Source: the human T2T-CHM13v2.0 reference genome, Homo sapiens. From it: a stretch of DNA of 64,000 nt. The stretch lies in the NCBI RefSeq assembly GCF_009914755.1, contig NC_060934.1; one strand, given 5' to 3'. The notes under the pieces were generated by a model. It did not search any database. It was not told where the DNA came from and saw only the letters and a list, made by a program, of their open reading frames with translations. This document shows, piece by piece, positions 1 to 45,299 of the stretch (position 1 is the stretch's first letter; each line of letters begins with the position of its first letter). Position numbers and translations under genes: made by a program.

Positions 1-7
1 TGGGGAC

Positions 8-155
8 CTGGTGGGGCGCTCACACGCGCCCTGATCTGTGATCGCGGCCCAGGCCCGCGCTCCCTGCCCGTTTTGGGGAACTGGTGGGGCGCTCACCTGC
101 TCCCTGATCTGTGATTGAGGCCCAGGCCTGCGCTCCCTGCCCGTTTTGAGGGAAT
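8..155. repeat. Two ~73-bp imperfect tandem copies (probably the edge of a minisatellite)
   Basis: ctggtggggcgctcac...ccgtttt starts at 8 and 81. Confidence 0.75.
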
Positions 156-179
156 TTGTCCAGTCATGAGGGTTACTTA

Positions 180-34253
<34,074 letters not shown>

Positions 34254-34354
34254 TCAGGGCTCCTGTGTGCCCGGGTTCTGGTCCTGACCCCGGGCTCACC
34301 CTCCACCTTCCCCGGGAACTTCCGACTGCGTCCTTCGCGCCTGCGCTCGTCGGC

Positions 34355-34470
34355 TCATTCATTCATTCATTCATTCATTCATTCATTCATTCATTCATCC
34401 ATTCAGTCAGTCAGTCAGTCAGTCAGTCAGTCATTCCTTCATTCTTTCGTTCTTTCATTCATTCCGTCAT
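34355..34470. repeat. (ATTC)n/(AGTC)n compound microsatellite in the promoter
   Basis: Directly visible. Confidence 0.95.
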
Positions 34471-34879
34471 TACTTTAACAGGCGGTGATTTGCCCCTGCC
34501 ACGGTGCTGGAAGTGCAGCGGGCACAGAAAGTCGCGCAGTGGAAATGCGGGCTGCGGGCGTGGATGGGGCCGCCGGGTCTGGGGACGAGCTAAGACCTGG
34601 CAGCAGGGGGTGGCCGAGGCGGGAGGAGCAGACGCAGAGCCCCGGCCCCCACGGAGAGGGTAGCAGCGCAGCCACCTGCCCCCCGGGGCTCCCCACCTCC
34701 CAGCCGGGGCTGCTTTCCGGCCGGGGTCCGGACGGCGCCTACGACCGACCCGAATTGGAGGCTTGGCGGGGCGCGCAGCCCCCGCGCGGGGAAGCCGGAG
34801 CCACTGAAGGACTTGGGTCGGCCTGGGGAGGGGAGGGCCCGGGACTCACCCCGGGGTGGGCACACTAGGGGAGCTCTAG

Positions 34880-35225
34880 GGGAGGCCCACCTGGGGTAGG
34901 CCCACCTGGGAGAGGACCCCCTGGGAGAGGCCCACCCACGAGAGTCCCACGTGGGAGAGTGGAATTCCACCCGGGAGAGGCCCACCTGGGAGAGGACCCC
35001 CTGAGAGAGGACCGCCTGGGAGAGGCCCACCTGGGAGAGTGGAATTCCACCCGGGAGAGGCCCACCTGGGAGAGGACCCCCTGAGAGAGGACCGCCTGGG
35101 AGAGGCCCACCTGGGAGAGTGGAATTCCACCCAGGAGAGGCCCACCTGGGAGAGAACCCCCTGAGAGAGGACCGCCTGGGAGAGGCCCACCTGGGAGAGT
35201 GGAATTCCACCCGGGAGAGGCCACC
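34880..35225. repeat. 80-bp higher-order minisatellite x~4 built from 15-bp monomers
   Basis: ggaattccac at 34961, 35041, 35121 and 35201. Confidence 0.93.
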
Positions 35226-36089
35226 ATACCTACATGGGATCAAATAAGCTGCCTGGACATAGTTTTGAAACCTGAACGTCGTATGTTTCTCAGGCTCCTA
35301 GAGCCCCACCCCGTCTTGAAGTTGGCAGCCTCAGATCCCTGCTAAATGACCATATTCCTTCCCAAAGACAGTTCTCAGATGGGCCTTTGTTGGTAAAGAC
35401 ACTCCACACATGGGTACAGCCTCGATAAAATATTTATCCCCTCAGAGAAAGTATATCCAAACATAATGTAGTAAGAGATTTCCCAAATCCAAGGGCATTA
35501 AATATTAAAACTCAGTTTTCTAGTTACACATTAGCCTTAAATATCAAGAGTGCAACACAAAATTATCACAGAACGCAGGAAAAGGAGATGAGAAAGGCCG
35601 CAGATGGGCAGCCAGGTGGGCCGGGGCACAGGGCAGGGTCGGAAAGGGTCCCCAGCCCAGGAGCTTCTGTGTCCGTGGAGTGGGGGGCACCACCCTCCTG
35701 GCCCGTGGATGTGTTCAGCAACCTGGAACTGCTCGGGACCCATAGTCCAGGCATTCTTATGGAGGCTCCATCGCAGACATGAAGGATGATGGTGGATGAT
35801 CCCTGGAGGAGGGTGGGTGCAGGGTTGAGAGCTGCAGGTGCTAATCCTGGCTGGTCTCTCTGGTGACTGGACCCCCTCCAGGAGCCACCAAGCCTCACCT
35901 CATTTGAATGGAAGAATCTGCTGCCATCACCCAGGAAATTCGAGGGCTTTTGGAGCCCTGTGCGGGGTCTCGGGAGCAGAGACCAGATCTATTCATTTCT
36001 CATTTCATCACCCCATCTTGCCAGGTAGAGACGGTGTCTGTGTCTGGGCTCCCAGGCTGGACCCCAGAGGCCTGCTGTATATGCGCCCG

Positions 36090-36418
36090 CTGGCGTTGCC
36101 ATCACGGGGCACTCTCATGGGCGGCTTAAACAGCGGGAAAGGAGGCGGGAAGGCCGAGAACAAGGTGCGGCCGGAGTTGGTTCCTTGGAGGGCACCCCGC
36201 GTGGCCGTATGTGGTCGTCTTCTTGTCTGTGTCTCGGTGTCCAAATGTGCCCATCTTATATGGACACCAGCCATGGGGTTTAGGGCCCACCCTGGGACCT
36301 CCTGTTAAATAGATCACCTCTGTGAAGACCCTGTCTCCAAATAAGGCCACATTCTGAGGCCGTGGGACTAGGACTCCAGCATAAGAGTTTCAGGGGGACA
36401 CAGTTCAATCCATGACAC
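36090..36418 (-). mobile_element. MLT1 (ERVL-MaLR) LTR
   Basis: ggacaccagccat...agggcccaccct...gaagaccctgtctccaaataaggccacattctgagg...ggacacagttcaatccatgaca. Confidence 0.78.
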
Positions 36419-37394
36419 TTGCTTAACCAGAAGGTGGTGAGAATTCTGAACATTTGTAATTTCATCAGGTGAAAGCCAGGAAGATGGGTGAATTGTTGTT
36501 TAAAACATCTCAGAATATATACATGAGCAGAATGAGCAGAACAGAAGTTAAAGATAGAGCTTCTTCCAGCGCAGGTGAGGCCAGTAATCAAATCCCACTG
36601 GTGTGTATGTCCGTAAAAGAGAACTTAGTTGAAATCGACCTGGCATCCCAGCTCCTGGGGACAGGCAAGCAGAAGCCGGGGGCAGGAGGGACGTGGTGAT
36701 GTGCGGGGTCCTCGCTCTCCCCGGCTCCGCTCAGAAGAGCAAGGTGCCGCCCCCCACTAGGGGAGCTGGAGAAGGGGTTAGGTGGAGTTGGGGAGGCACG
36801 GAGGGTCCCTGGTAGCGGGGTGCTGGCAAGCAGGCTCTCCAGGGAAAAGCGAAAATGAAGCCCCTGGTTGGAAGCATTTGCACATCCTCCCACCACCGCT
36901 GTTTAAACTGCCCCAGGGGCAGCACCAGCTCACAAAGCTGCACATCTCACAAATGGCCAGGTGGAGCCCAGCTCTGGCTTGGTGACCCCTCCAGAAAGGC
37001 GGGGTCCTGGGGACCCCAAAGTTGGCTGGAAGCCGACCTGCACCGCTGTCCCAGGGGCCTGTGCTCTCCTCACTCTGCCTGGCTGGTGTCTGGCCCGGCA
37101 GTGCTTTGTGGCATCGGCTCCACTTTGGGGCCAGTCGGTGCCGGCACGGCTACTTTACCTATGGCTTGAGAATCCAAGTGTGGAGTCTGGGAAAGGGGGC
37201 TGGGCTGGAATCCCCACGTGTGAGGGCTGACTGAGACTGGGCCCGCAGGAGAATGTTGGCCCAGGGAACCAGGAAGAACTGACCTAGAGTCGGGAGAGAC
37301 CCCAGGCCACCTTTGTGTGTTGGGCCACGCAGTGGTGAAGACCATGGGGTGGCCACCCAGCTACGGTTGGTGGAACCCCAGAGCCCACTAGGGG

Positions 37395-37585
37395 AGGGTG
37401 TGGTGAGTGCATGTGTGTGACTGTGAGAGTGTCAGCAGGAGGGGGTGGGTGTGTGTGAACTGTGTGGCTGCGTTAGGGTAAGTGTGTGCCATGTGTACAC
37501 AAGAGTGTGTGTGTATAGTGTGTGACATGTAAGCATGATCATGTGTGTGACCATGTGTCTGAGTGTGCATGTGTATGCATGTGTG
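37395..37585. repeat. TG-rich low-complexity tract
   Basis: Directly visible. Confidence 0.85.
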
Positions 37586-37954
37586 GCCCTCCCCTGTGGA
37601 GGCACAGGGGAGCAGGTCTCTAATCCACAGACATCACCGACGACCTGTGCAGGGCCAGGCTCTGGGGATCAGCAGAGAACAAAAGGGGCAGAAAGCACTG
37701 CCCCTGGGGACAAAGACCACACTGTGGGGTCCGGCAGCTGGGAGGGGGGCCTGGTGTTTTCTGGGAAAGCAGCTTCACCCCCCAGGAAAGCAGGAGGATC
37801 AGAAGAGGGCTCCTCACCCCCACGGACACCTTTCCCGGTGGGACAGCTCCTGAACATGGAGCGTATCAGCAACCTGGCAGCCGAGCTCCCGCGTCTCCAG
37901 GATGACGGCCGAGGGTGGTGTGCACATGCCCTGAAAAGACAGGGAGGAGAACAT

Positions 37955-38525
37955 CCGCTGTCATCCCCAACAGCCCAGCACTCAGCACCCAGCACCCAGC
38001 ACCCCAGCACTCAGCACCTCAGACCATCATCCCTAACAGCCCAGCACTCAGCACCCCAGGCTGTCATCCCCAACAGCCCTGCACCCAGCACTCAGGATCC
38101 CAGGATCCCAGCACCCCAGCACCCCAGCACCCCAGCATCCCAGCACCCCAGCACCCTAGCACCCCAGCATCCCAGCACCCCAGCATCTCAGCATCCCAGC
38201 ACCCCAGCACCCCAGCATCTCAGCATCCCAGCACCCCAGCACCCCAGCACCTCAGCATCCCAGCACCCCAGCATCCCAGCATCCCAGCATCCCAGCACCC
38301 CAGCATCTCAGCATCCCAGCACCACAGCATCCCAGCACCCCAGCATCCCAGCACCCCAGCACCCCAGCATCTCAGCACCCCAGCACCCCAGCACCCCAGC
38401 ATCCCAGCATCCCAGCACTGCAGCATCCCAGCCTCCATGTATCCCAGCACCCCAGCATCCCACTACCCCCAGTACCTCCAGCATCCCAGGATCCCAGGAA
38501 CTCAGCATTGCTGCATCCCAGCACC
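37955..38525. repeat. (YCCCAGCA)n 8-bp degenerate tandem repeat
   Basis: Directly visible. Confidence 0.93.
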
Positions 38526-39267
38526 TAACCTGGGGTCACACATTTTTATCTGATGAATCTGCAGCTCTTAATTAATGCTTCTACCTGCCTTCCCTCTGCC
38601 TTCTGCAGACACCGTGCACAGGTGATGTGTACATGTATATTCTTTTTTGGTTCACAGAAATGGCAGTTGCATCATACCTGTTTAGCATCATGGCTTCCAG
38701 CTAACTACCCATCCATTCACTGGAAGATATTTTTGAAGCCTTGCTGTGTCATTAGAGCAGAGCCTCGTTCTGAACTCCTGGTCCAGCAGGCCCTGCTGCA
38801 GAGGCTGCTGCAGCTCATGGCACACTTGGACAGCGGCAGCACTCTCTTCTCTGAGGCCTCTCTCTTCAACGTTTTGTAAGACTGTATTTGCATGTTTATT
38901 TTTATGTAAATGCTGAAACATCTGGTCTAGTTTAAAAAATAAACACAAAACACAGCCAAAAGCACACTGTTGGCATTTTCTCCGGTACAGGTTGATTTAA
39001 AGAGAACTGCCGTAAGACCGTGTGTCTTCTGATCCAGCCGCAGTGGGCTTTCTCACTCGCTTGCCTTCGGTGTGCATCTGCTTGCTAATACTAAGAATTT
39101 GTGCCTCGATATTGATAAGGAAGGTGATTCTGTGATATTTTCAAACAAACAATGTGGAAGCTTGATCTTTCCTTCTGTGCTCCTGAACTGGTTCATAGCA
39201 TTGTAATTACATGTTCCTTAAGGTTTGCGAGAACTTGTAAGGTGGACTTTTCTTTCTCATTTGGAGC

Positions 39268-39810
39268 AAGTGTGTATATGTATGTGTGTGTGTGGGTACG
39301 TTTGTGTATGCACATGCTGCATGTATGTGTATAGCGTGTGTGTATATGAATGTGTGAGCATGTATGTGTGCATATGTATATGTATGTTGTCTTCATGTGG
39401 GTGTTTATGTGTGCATGTGTAAATGTAAGTACATGCATGCATGTGTGTTGTTTGGTCATGTGTGTACATGTGTATGTGTGTGCCTGCGTGTCCGTGTGTG
39501 CACGTGTGTAAACATGTGTATGCATGAGTATTCATGTGGATGTGGATGTATATGTGTAGATGGAGATATGTGTATATGTGTGAGCATGTGTACCCATATG
39601 TAAGCACGTTCATGTGTGCATTTGTGTGGATATGGATATATATGTGTATACATGCACTGTGTATATCTATATGCATGTATGTGCATGTGTGCATGTGTAT
39701 GTGTATGTGTACACGTGTGTGCATGTAACCACACATATGTATGCGTGTTTGAGTGTGCAAGTGTACATACGTGTAAGCACATGCATGTGTGTGTATATGT
39801 GCAGGTGTGT
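39268..39810. repeat. (TG/TA/CA) purine-pyrimidine alternating low-complexity tract
   Basis: Directly visible. Confidence 0.92.
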
Positions 39811-40400
39811 GAAGGGATCCAGATCACACTTTGTGGTGTAAGGATCATTTTGAGCTGATGGTGTTTGGGGATCCACAGTGCAGGAGGAGGCTTTCTCCAC
39901 AGCGGCCTTATCTGCCTAAAAGCAGAGGCTTCCAGAAGGACTCAGCCATCACCGCCCAAGGACTCAGCCGTCATGGCCCAAGGACTTGGCCATCACCGCC
40001 CAAGGACTCGGCCATTACTGCCCAAGGACTCAGCCATCACGGCCCCTTGAAAGGAGGCTTCTGGTACCAAGAGACAGAGCAACTCCAGTTGCTGGAGATG
40101 AGAAGTCAGCACTGGGATGAGCAATGGCACACACAGACCTTTCCCAAGCGGACCTTGCCCTCCGTTAGCTTCCTGTGTCTCTCTCGCTCGTTTCCCACCA
40201 CATGCTGGCCCTCAGGGTCCTACCTCCTTCCCCTTGATAAGATGGTTTCTCAGCCCCAAATTCTAGCTGCTTCTTTGAGTCACTTTCTTCCTGAGTATGC
40301 ATGTGAATCAACTTTACCCTTTGCTAAACCGTCTTTTGTTTCATTTGCAGGCCCCCAATAGAGAACCTGAGATGACAGAGGACAAGTTTTCCTCCAACAT
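39810..40400 (+). mobile_element. MER34-like ERV1 LTR containing a ~22-bp internal tandem repeat (39937-40045)
   Basis: ggtgtaaggatcattttgagctgat...gagaacct...ttttcctccaaca resembles recalled MER34. Confidence 0.55.
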
Positions 40401-40772
40401 GAGCATGTGTGGGTGACTGTCGTAGCTCTTTAACACTTCTCTCATAGCTCTTTAATACTTCTCCTGTGGTAATTGGCTCCTCCAAAATCAGTTTGATAAT
40501 ATTTTCCTTAAAAAGCATTCATTTCATCCAGATTTCAATATGCATAGTGTTGAACAAAGTAGTCTTATCATAGTTGTTTTTCACTTACTCTGCATCTGGG
40601 CTATTTTCTGATGCTTATTTCTGATTTTATGTATTTCTTTTTGGTTAGGTTTGTTGATGGTTTCTGTATTTTATTGTTTTCCTTTTTTTTAAAAGAACCA
40701 GCTTTGGTGCCTATTAATTGATCCTATCATTTCCTGCTTTTCAAATCATTAATTTCTTCTTTATTCCTTAGT
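40400..40772 (-). mobile_element. Old L1 (L1M) ORF2 fragment
   Basis: T-rich; aaagaaccagctttgg...ttaatttcttctttatt is typical antisense L1. Confidence 0.6.
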
Positions 40773-40776
40773 AAGT

Positions 40777-41375
40777 TGTTGATGAAAATAATCAAACTCT
40801 GTAAAATATTTAAAGATATTTATTCTGAACCAAATATGAGTGGCCAATGGCCCCATGACACAGCCTTCAGGAGTTCCTGAGAACATGTGTCTGTGGTTGT
40901 CAGGCCACATTTGGTTTTATATCTTTAAGAGAGACATGAGACATCCATCAACACATGTAAGACGTACATCGTCTCCGTCTGGAAATGGGGGACAACTGGA
41001 AGCGGGGGGCTTCCAGGTCATAGGTAGATTCAAGGATTTTCTAACTGGCAATTGGTTGAGTCAAGTTATTGTCTAAAGACTTAGAAAGAAATGTCCAGAT
41101 TAAGATAAGAGGTTGTGGAGACCAAGGTTTCATCACGCAGATGAAGCTTCCAGGTAGCAGGCTTCAGAGAGAATAGATCATAAATGTTTCTTGTCAGAGT
41201 TAAAGAGTCTGTTCTCTCAGTAATTCCAAAAGGGAGGAGGGATAATGAGACACCTCCAGCTCCCCCTTCCCATCATGGCCTGAACTAGGTTTTCAGGTTA
41301 ACTTTGGAATGCCCTTGACTGAGAGGCAGGGTCCATTCAGATGATCAGGGCTTAGAATTTTATTTTTGGTTTACA
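40777..41375 (-). mobile_element. MER4-family (ERV1) solo LTR with 4-bp TSD AAGT
   Basis: TG...CA termini; ends cttagaattttatttttggtttaca (reverse complement of the MER4 5' end); AAGT on both sides. Confidence 0.88.
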
Positions 41376-41690
41376 AAGTCCTTCTGTCTGCCTCACTTAG
41401 CTATGTTTTGCAGTTCTTGAATTGGATGTTTAATTTACCTATTTTCATGTTTTCTTGTTAACTGATAAGCATATGAGACTATGAATTTCTATCTGAGCAC
41501 TCTTGGCAGTATCTAATAATTTCTGACATGTCTTGTAAAAGCACAATTCTCAAACTGTTAAAACTCTTTTTTATACAAATAGCTGCTCTATGTGACAAAG
41601 TTCTTTTTAACTCATGAATGAGGTAACGGACAGAATGACAGCATGACTTCACAGAGTATTTGAGGAATTGAAATTAAATGGGAGAGAGAT

Positions 41691-42563
41691 TGTTGATGAG
41701 GAAAGCCAAAGTCTAAAATATTTAAAGAAGTTTCTTCTGAGCCAAATATGAGTGGCCATGGACCGGGGTACAGTTTCAAGAGCTCCTGAAAATGTGCACC
41801 CAAGGTGGTTGGGTTACAGTTCCATTTTACATATTTTAGGGAGACAGAACTTACAGGCAAATCAATACATATAAGGTGTACATTGGTTCAGCCTGGAAAG
41901 GTGAGACATCTTGAAGCCAGGCAGCGCAGGGGCATTCAGGTCTTAGGTGGATTCAAAGATTTTATGATTAGCAATTGGTTGAAAAAGTTAAGCTTTGCTT
42001 ACAGTTGAAGTCAGCAGAAAGAAATGCTTAAGATCGGAGGTTGTGGAAGTCAAGGTAATTTTTGTTTCATACATGAAGTAGCTTCAGAGAGAGTAGATGA
42101 TAAACATCTCTTTCTGGACCTTAAAAGGTGCCATAAATCTCTTAGGTAAATCTCTCCCGGATCAGGAAAGGACCTAGTAAGGGAAGGCCACTCTCTATAG
42201 ACACAATTTTCCCCTACAAGAGTGCACTTTTCCCAGCCATTTCAAAACATGTCAAAGAAACATATTTGGGAGTAAAATACTGTGCTTTTCTTTAGGGTCT
42301 GCTATCTGCTGTCATGCAATGCTATGCCAGAGTCAGGTTGGAATTTGGTATCTAATTGCCACAAAAAGTCTATTTGTCAGTCTTATGATCTCTACTTTAG
42401 TATAAATGCTGGTCAGCTGTGCCTAAGCTCCAACAGGGAGGGGGAGCCCAGCCTCCCTTCTCATCAATAATCCAGTTTTTCAGGTTTCCTGGGGTCCCCT
42501 TGGCCCAGAGGGAGTCCAGTCAACTGGGGGGGGGGGGTCTTAGAATTTTATTTTGGGGTTATG
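41691..42563 (-). mobile_element. MER4-family (longer, MER4D-like) solo LTR with TSD AGAT
   Basis: Same terminal motifs; AGAT flanks both ends. Confidence 0.85.
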
Positions 42564-43369
42564 AGATCATTAGATAAGTTAGGTCCAAACCTGGTTCATG
42601 TCCTACAAAAAGCGTAACCTCTAGGGTTATCTTCTCCAAAAAAATTTCCGCATTATCACCTTTCTGTAAGACGCCCTCCAGTTTCATGGGGCTGCAGTAC
42701 GGCAGCCTTGGGGGCCGTAAGCGGGAAGGCAGTGAGGCCGCATTTTCCGAGGGAGGGGAGAGTGCTCTGCTGTGATACTAAAATCACTCACCACTAATTT
42801 TCCTCAATTTCAAACTTTGGAGATATTTTCTTGAACGTGGATTTTCTTCTTCATTGTTTTCTAGATATTCTGTAAAGAGAACTTTATTTTCTTTTGGCTT
42901 AATAGTTATGTTAGAGAGTTAAAAAATGTTCAGATGGTGAGGTTTTCCGCTTCACGGTATTGACTTCAACCGGCAGTGGTACTGCGCTGGGATTGGTGAA
43001 CGTCGCCTGGCGGTGTGTATGCTTTGGAATTCGTGGTTTCCTCTGGGCCTCGATACGCCATCCATTTTTGTGATTGTTCCATGGGCACTTGAAAGGCCTT
43101 CGATGAATATTGGTTAGAACTGTGTTACTGACGACGCTCTTCAGGCCTCTGAAGTGTCTGTCTGGCTCTCCCTGCACACCCTTTGGCTCTGTCACTCACT
43201 CTCAGCAGATGCCAATTCCATCCCATTCGGAGCACAGGGGTTTGCTGGGGCTTCTCTGTGGCTCATATCCTTTGCTACCACCAAGTGCCCATCTGTCTCG
43301 GTCAGCACTTGTTTCCTTGAAGCCAGCCCTGGCGAGGAAGATCACAAACCTGCCTTTTCCCTGCTCCTT

Positions 43370-43660
43370 CACTGCTTCCTTTATTTTGGTATAATTTACA
43401 TGCAGCAAAACGAACAGGTGGTAAGTGCTGCGTTTCCGTGAGTTTTGGAAGTGTGTGCACGTGGTCACCCACACCCCTCAGGACGGAAACCACCCTGTCA
43501 CCCCACAGAGGCCCCTGTGCCCCTCCCAGTTGGCCCTACCCTGCCCTGGGGCACCTGTGCTCTGACTTCAGCCACCACAGACCAGAGTTGCCTGTTGTAG
43601 AACCTCCTATAACGCAGAGCACAGGGGTTTGCTGGAGCGTGTGCTCAACGTGGCAAGTGC
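43370..43660 (-). mobile_element. Old L1 (L1ME-like) 3' fragment
   Basis: ttttggtataatttacatgcag...gagttttg...ttgcctgttgtagaac motif. Confidence 0.5.
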
Positions 43661-44712
43661 AATTCTGCCCAAATCACGGAATTCAGACGGGACTAATGCA
43701 GCTCCTCCAGTCTCAGCGGCCATGACCCTGGAGCGTGAGGACTCCAAACCCCACTCTTCTCCACTCTTGGAGGGAAACACCTTGTGCAGCCCAGTGTGCA
43801 GACCTTTCCAGGAACACCCCTTCCCAGGGCTGGCACCCCCTGAGAAGTGAGTGGCAGCATGGTTTTGCTTCAGTCAAAGGAAAAAGTCTCTAAGTGTGGA
43901 GGTTAGACACCACTCAGAGGGGGCTGGATATTGTATTTGGAATGGAAGCTTTTGCCAATGTCCTGAAATCCCACAAATAGGGATCACTCACTCTGTTCTT
44001 TCTCCTCCCTCCCAGCTGAGGTGTGCAGAGAGAGAGGGCGGCATGCAGGAAGGGGTGCAGGTGCAGGTACTGCAGGGTGTGGCAGGGCAGGAAAAGCCTG
44101 CCCTCTGAAATGCAGGCCCTGGAAAGCCAGAAAATCCCGGAGTCCCATGGAGGAAGGATGCATCCTCTTGAGATGGCTGTGGATGCCCTGCTGGGGAAGT
44201 GAGATCCACGGACCTCTCTTCAGCTCTGGTCTCACCCGGAGCTCTCCCAGTTTATCCACAGTCACTGGGCCATCCAAAAGTCCACCCTGCCCATCTTAAT
44301 TTTCCTTAAAAGCTGCATTGCCTCCTAACTTCAAATCATTAGCAAAGAGTTGTGCAAAACATTATCCAAGGATCTGAGCATCAAGCACTTTAATTCTCTC
44401 TGTCTGTGGTCAGTCTCACGTTCCCAGTCCTAATTTTGTGCATTGACATTTTCTTTGATTTGTTTTTCTTGCTTTAATTATCAGGTGGTTTAGCAGTTTC
44501 GTTGTGGTCATTTTTTTTCTTTTTTTCTTTTTAAACAGCTCTGAGAAAATAGTGAACCAGCAGGCATGGTAGGTTCCACTCCAAACCCCAGATGCCTGGG
44601 GACACTGGTCAGAGCAGGGAATGGCCGTGTGGGCAGTGGAGGAGGTGGGCTGTATGGGAGAACTCATTTCTTCTTCCCTCCCCTTGTCTCTCTGGCTGGT
44701 CACTGCTAACAC

Positions 44713-45293
44713 TGTTGATGAAAAGAGTCAAACTCTGTAAAATAATTGAAGAGATTTATTCTGAGCCAAATACGAATGACCATGGCCCGTGACACAGCCC
44801 CAGGAGACCCTGAGGGCATGCGCCCAGGGTGGCCGGGGCACAGCCTGGTTTTATACACTCAAAGGAGATGCATCTCAGTACACTAAGATGTGTTGGTTCA
44901 GTCTGGAAAGGTGGGTCAATGAGAAGGGGGAGGGGGCTTCCAGGTCGTAGGCAGATTCAAAGATTTTCTGATTGGCAATTGGTTGAAACAGTTATTATCA
45001 ATAGAAAGGAACATCTGGGTTAAGATAAGGAGTTGTGAAGACTAAGGTTTTATCACGCAAGTGAGGCCTTCAGGTTGCAGGCTTCAGAGAAAATAGACTG
45101 TAAATGTTTCTTATCAGAGTTAACGAGTCTGTTCTATCAGTAGTTCCAAAAGGGAGGAGGGATAATGAGGCACGTCCAGCTCCCTGCTCCCATCACAGCC
45201 TGAACTAAGTTTTCAGGTTAACTTTGGCCCCTGGCTAAAAGGAGGGGTCTGTTCAGATGGTCGAGGGGCTTAGAATTTTATTTTTGATTTACA
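44713..45293 (-). mobile_element. MER4-family LTR (third copy, similar to 40777-41375)
   Basis: tgttgatgaaaagagtcaaactctgtaaaa...tagaattttatttttgatttaca; no clear TSD. Confidence 0.85.
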
Positions 45294-45299
45294 ATAAGA

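Noticed and set aside
37535-38575. 346-aa Pro/Gln/His/Ser-rich ORF
   Set aside because: Driven by the 8-bp CCCAGCA repeat and low-complexity flanks.
40777-45293. Full provirus bounded by MER4 LTRs
   Set aside because: Copies 1 and 2 each have their own TSD and there is no gag/pol-like interior.
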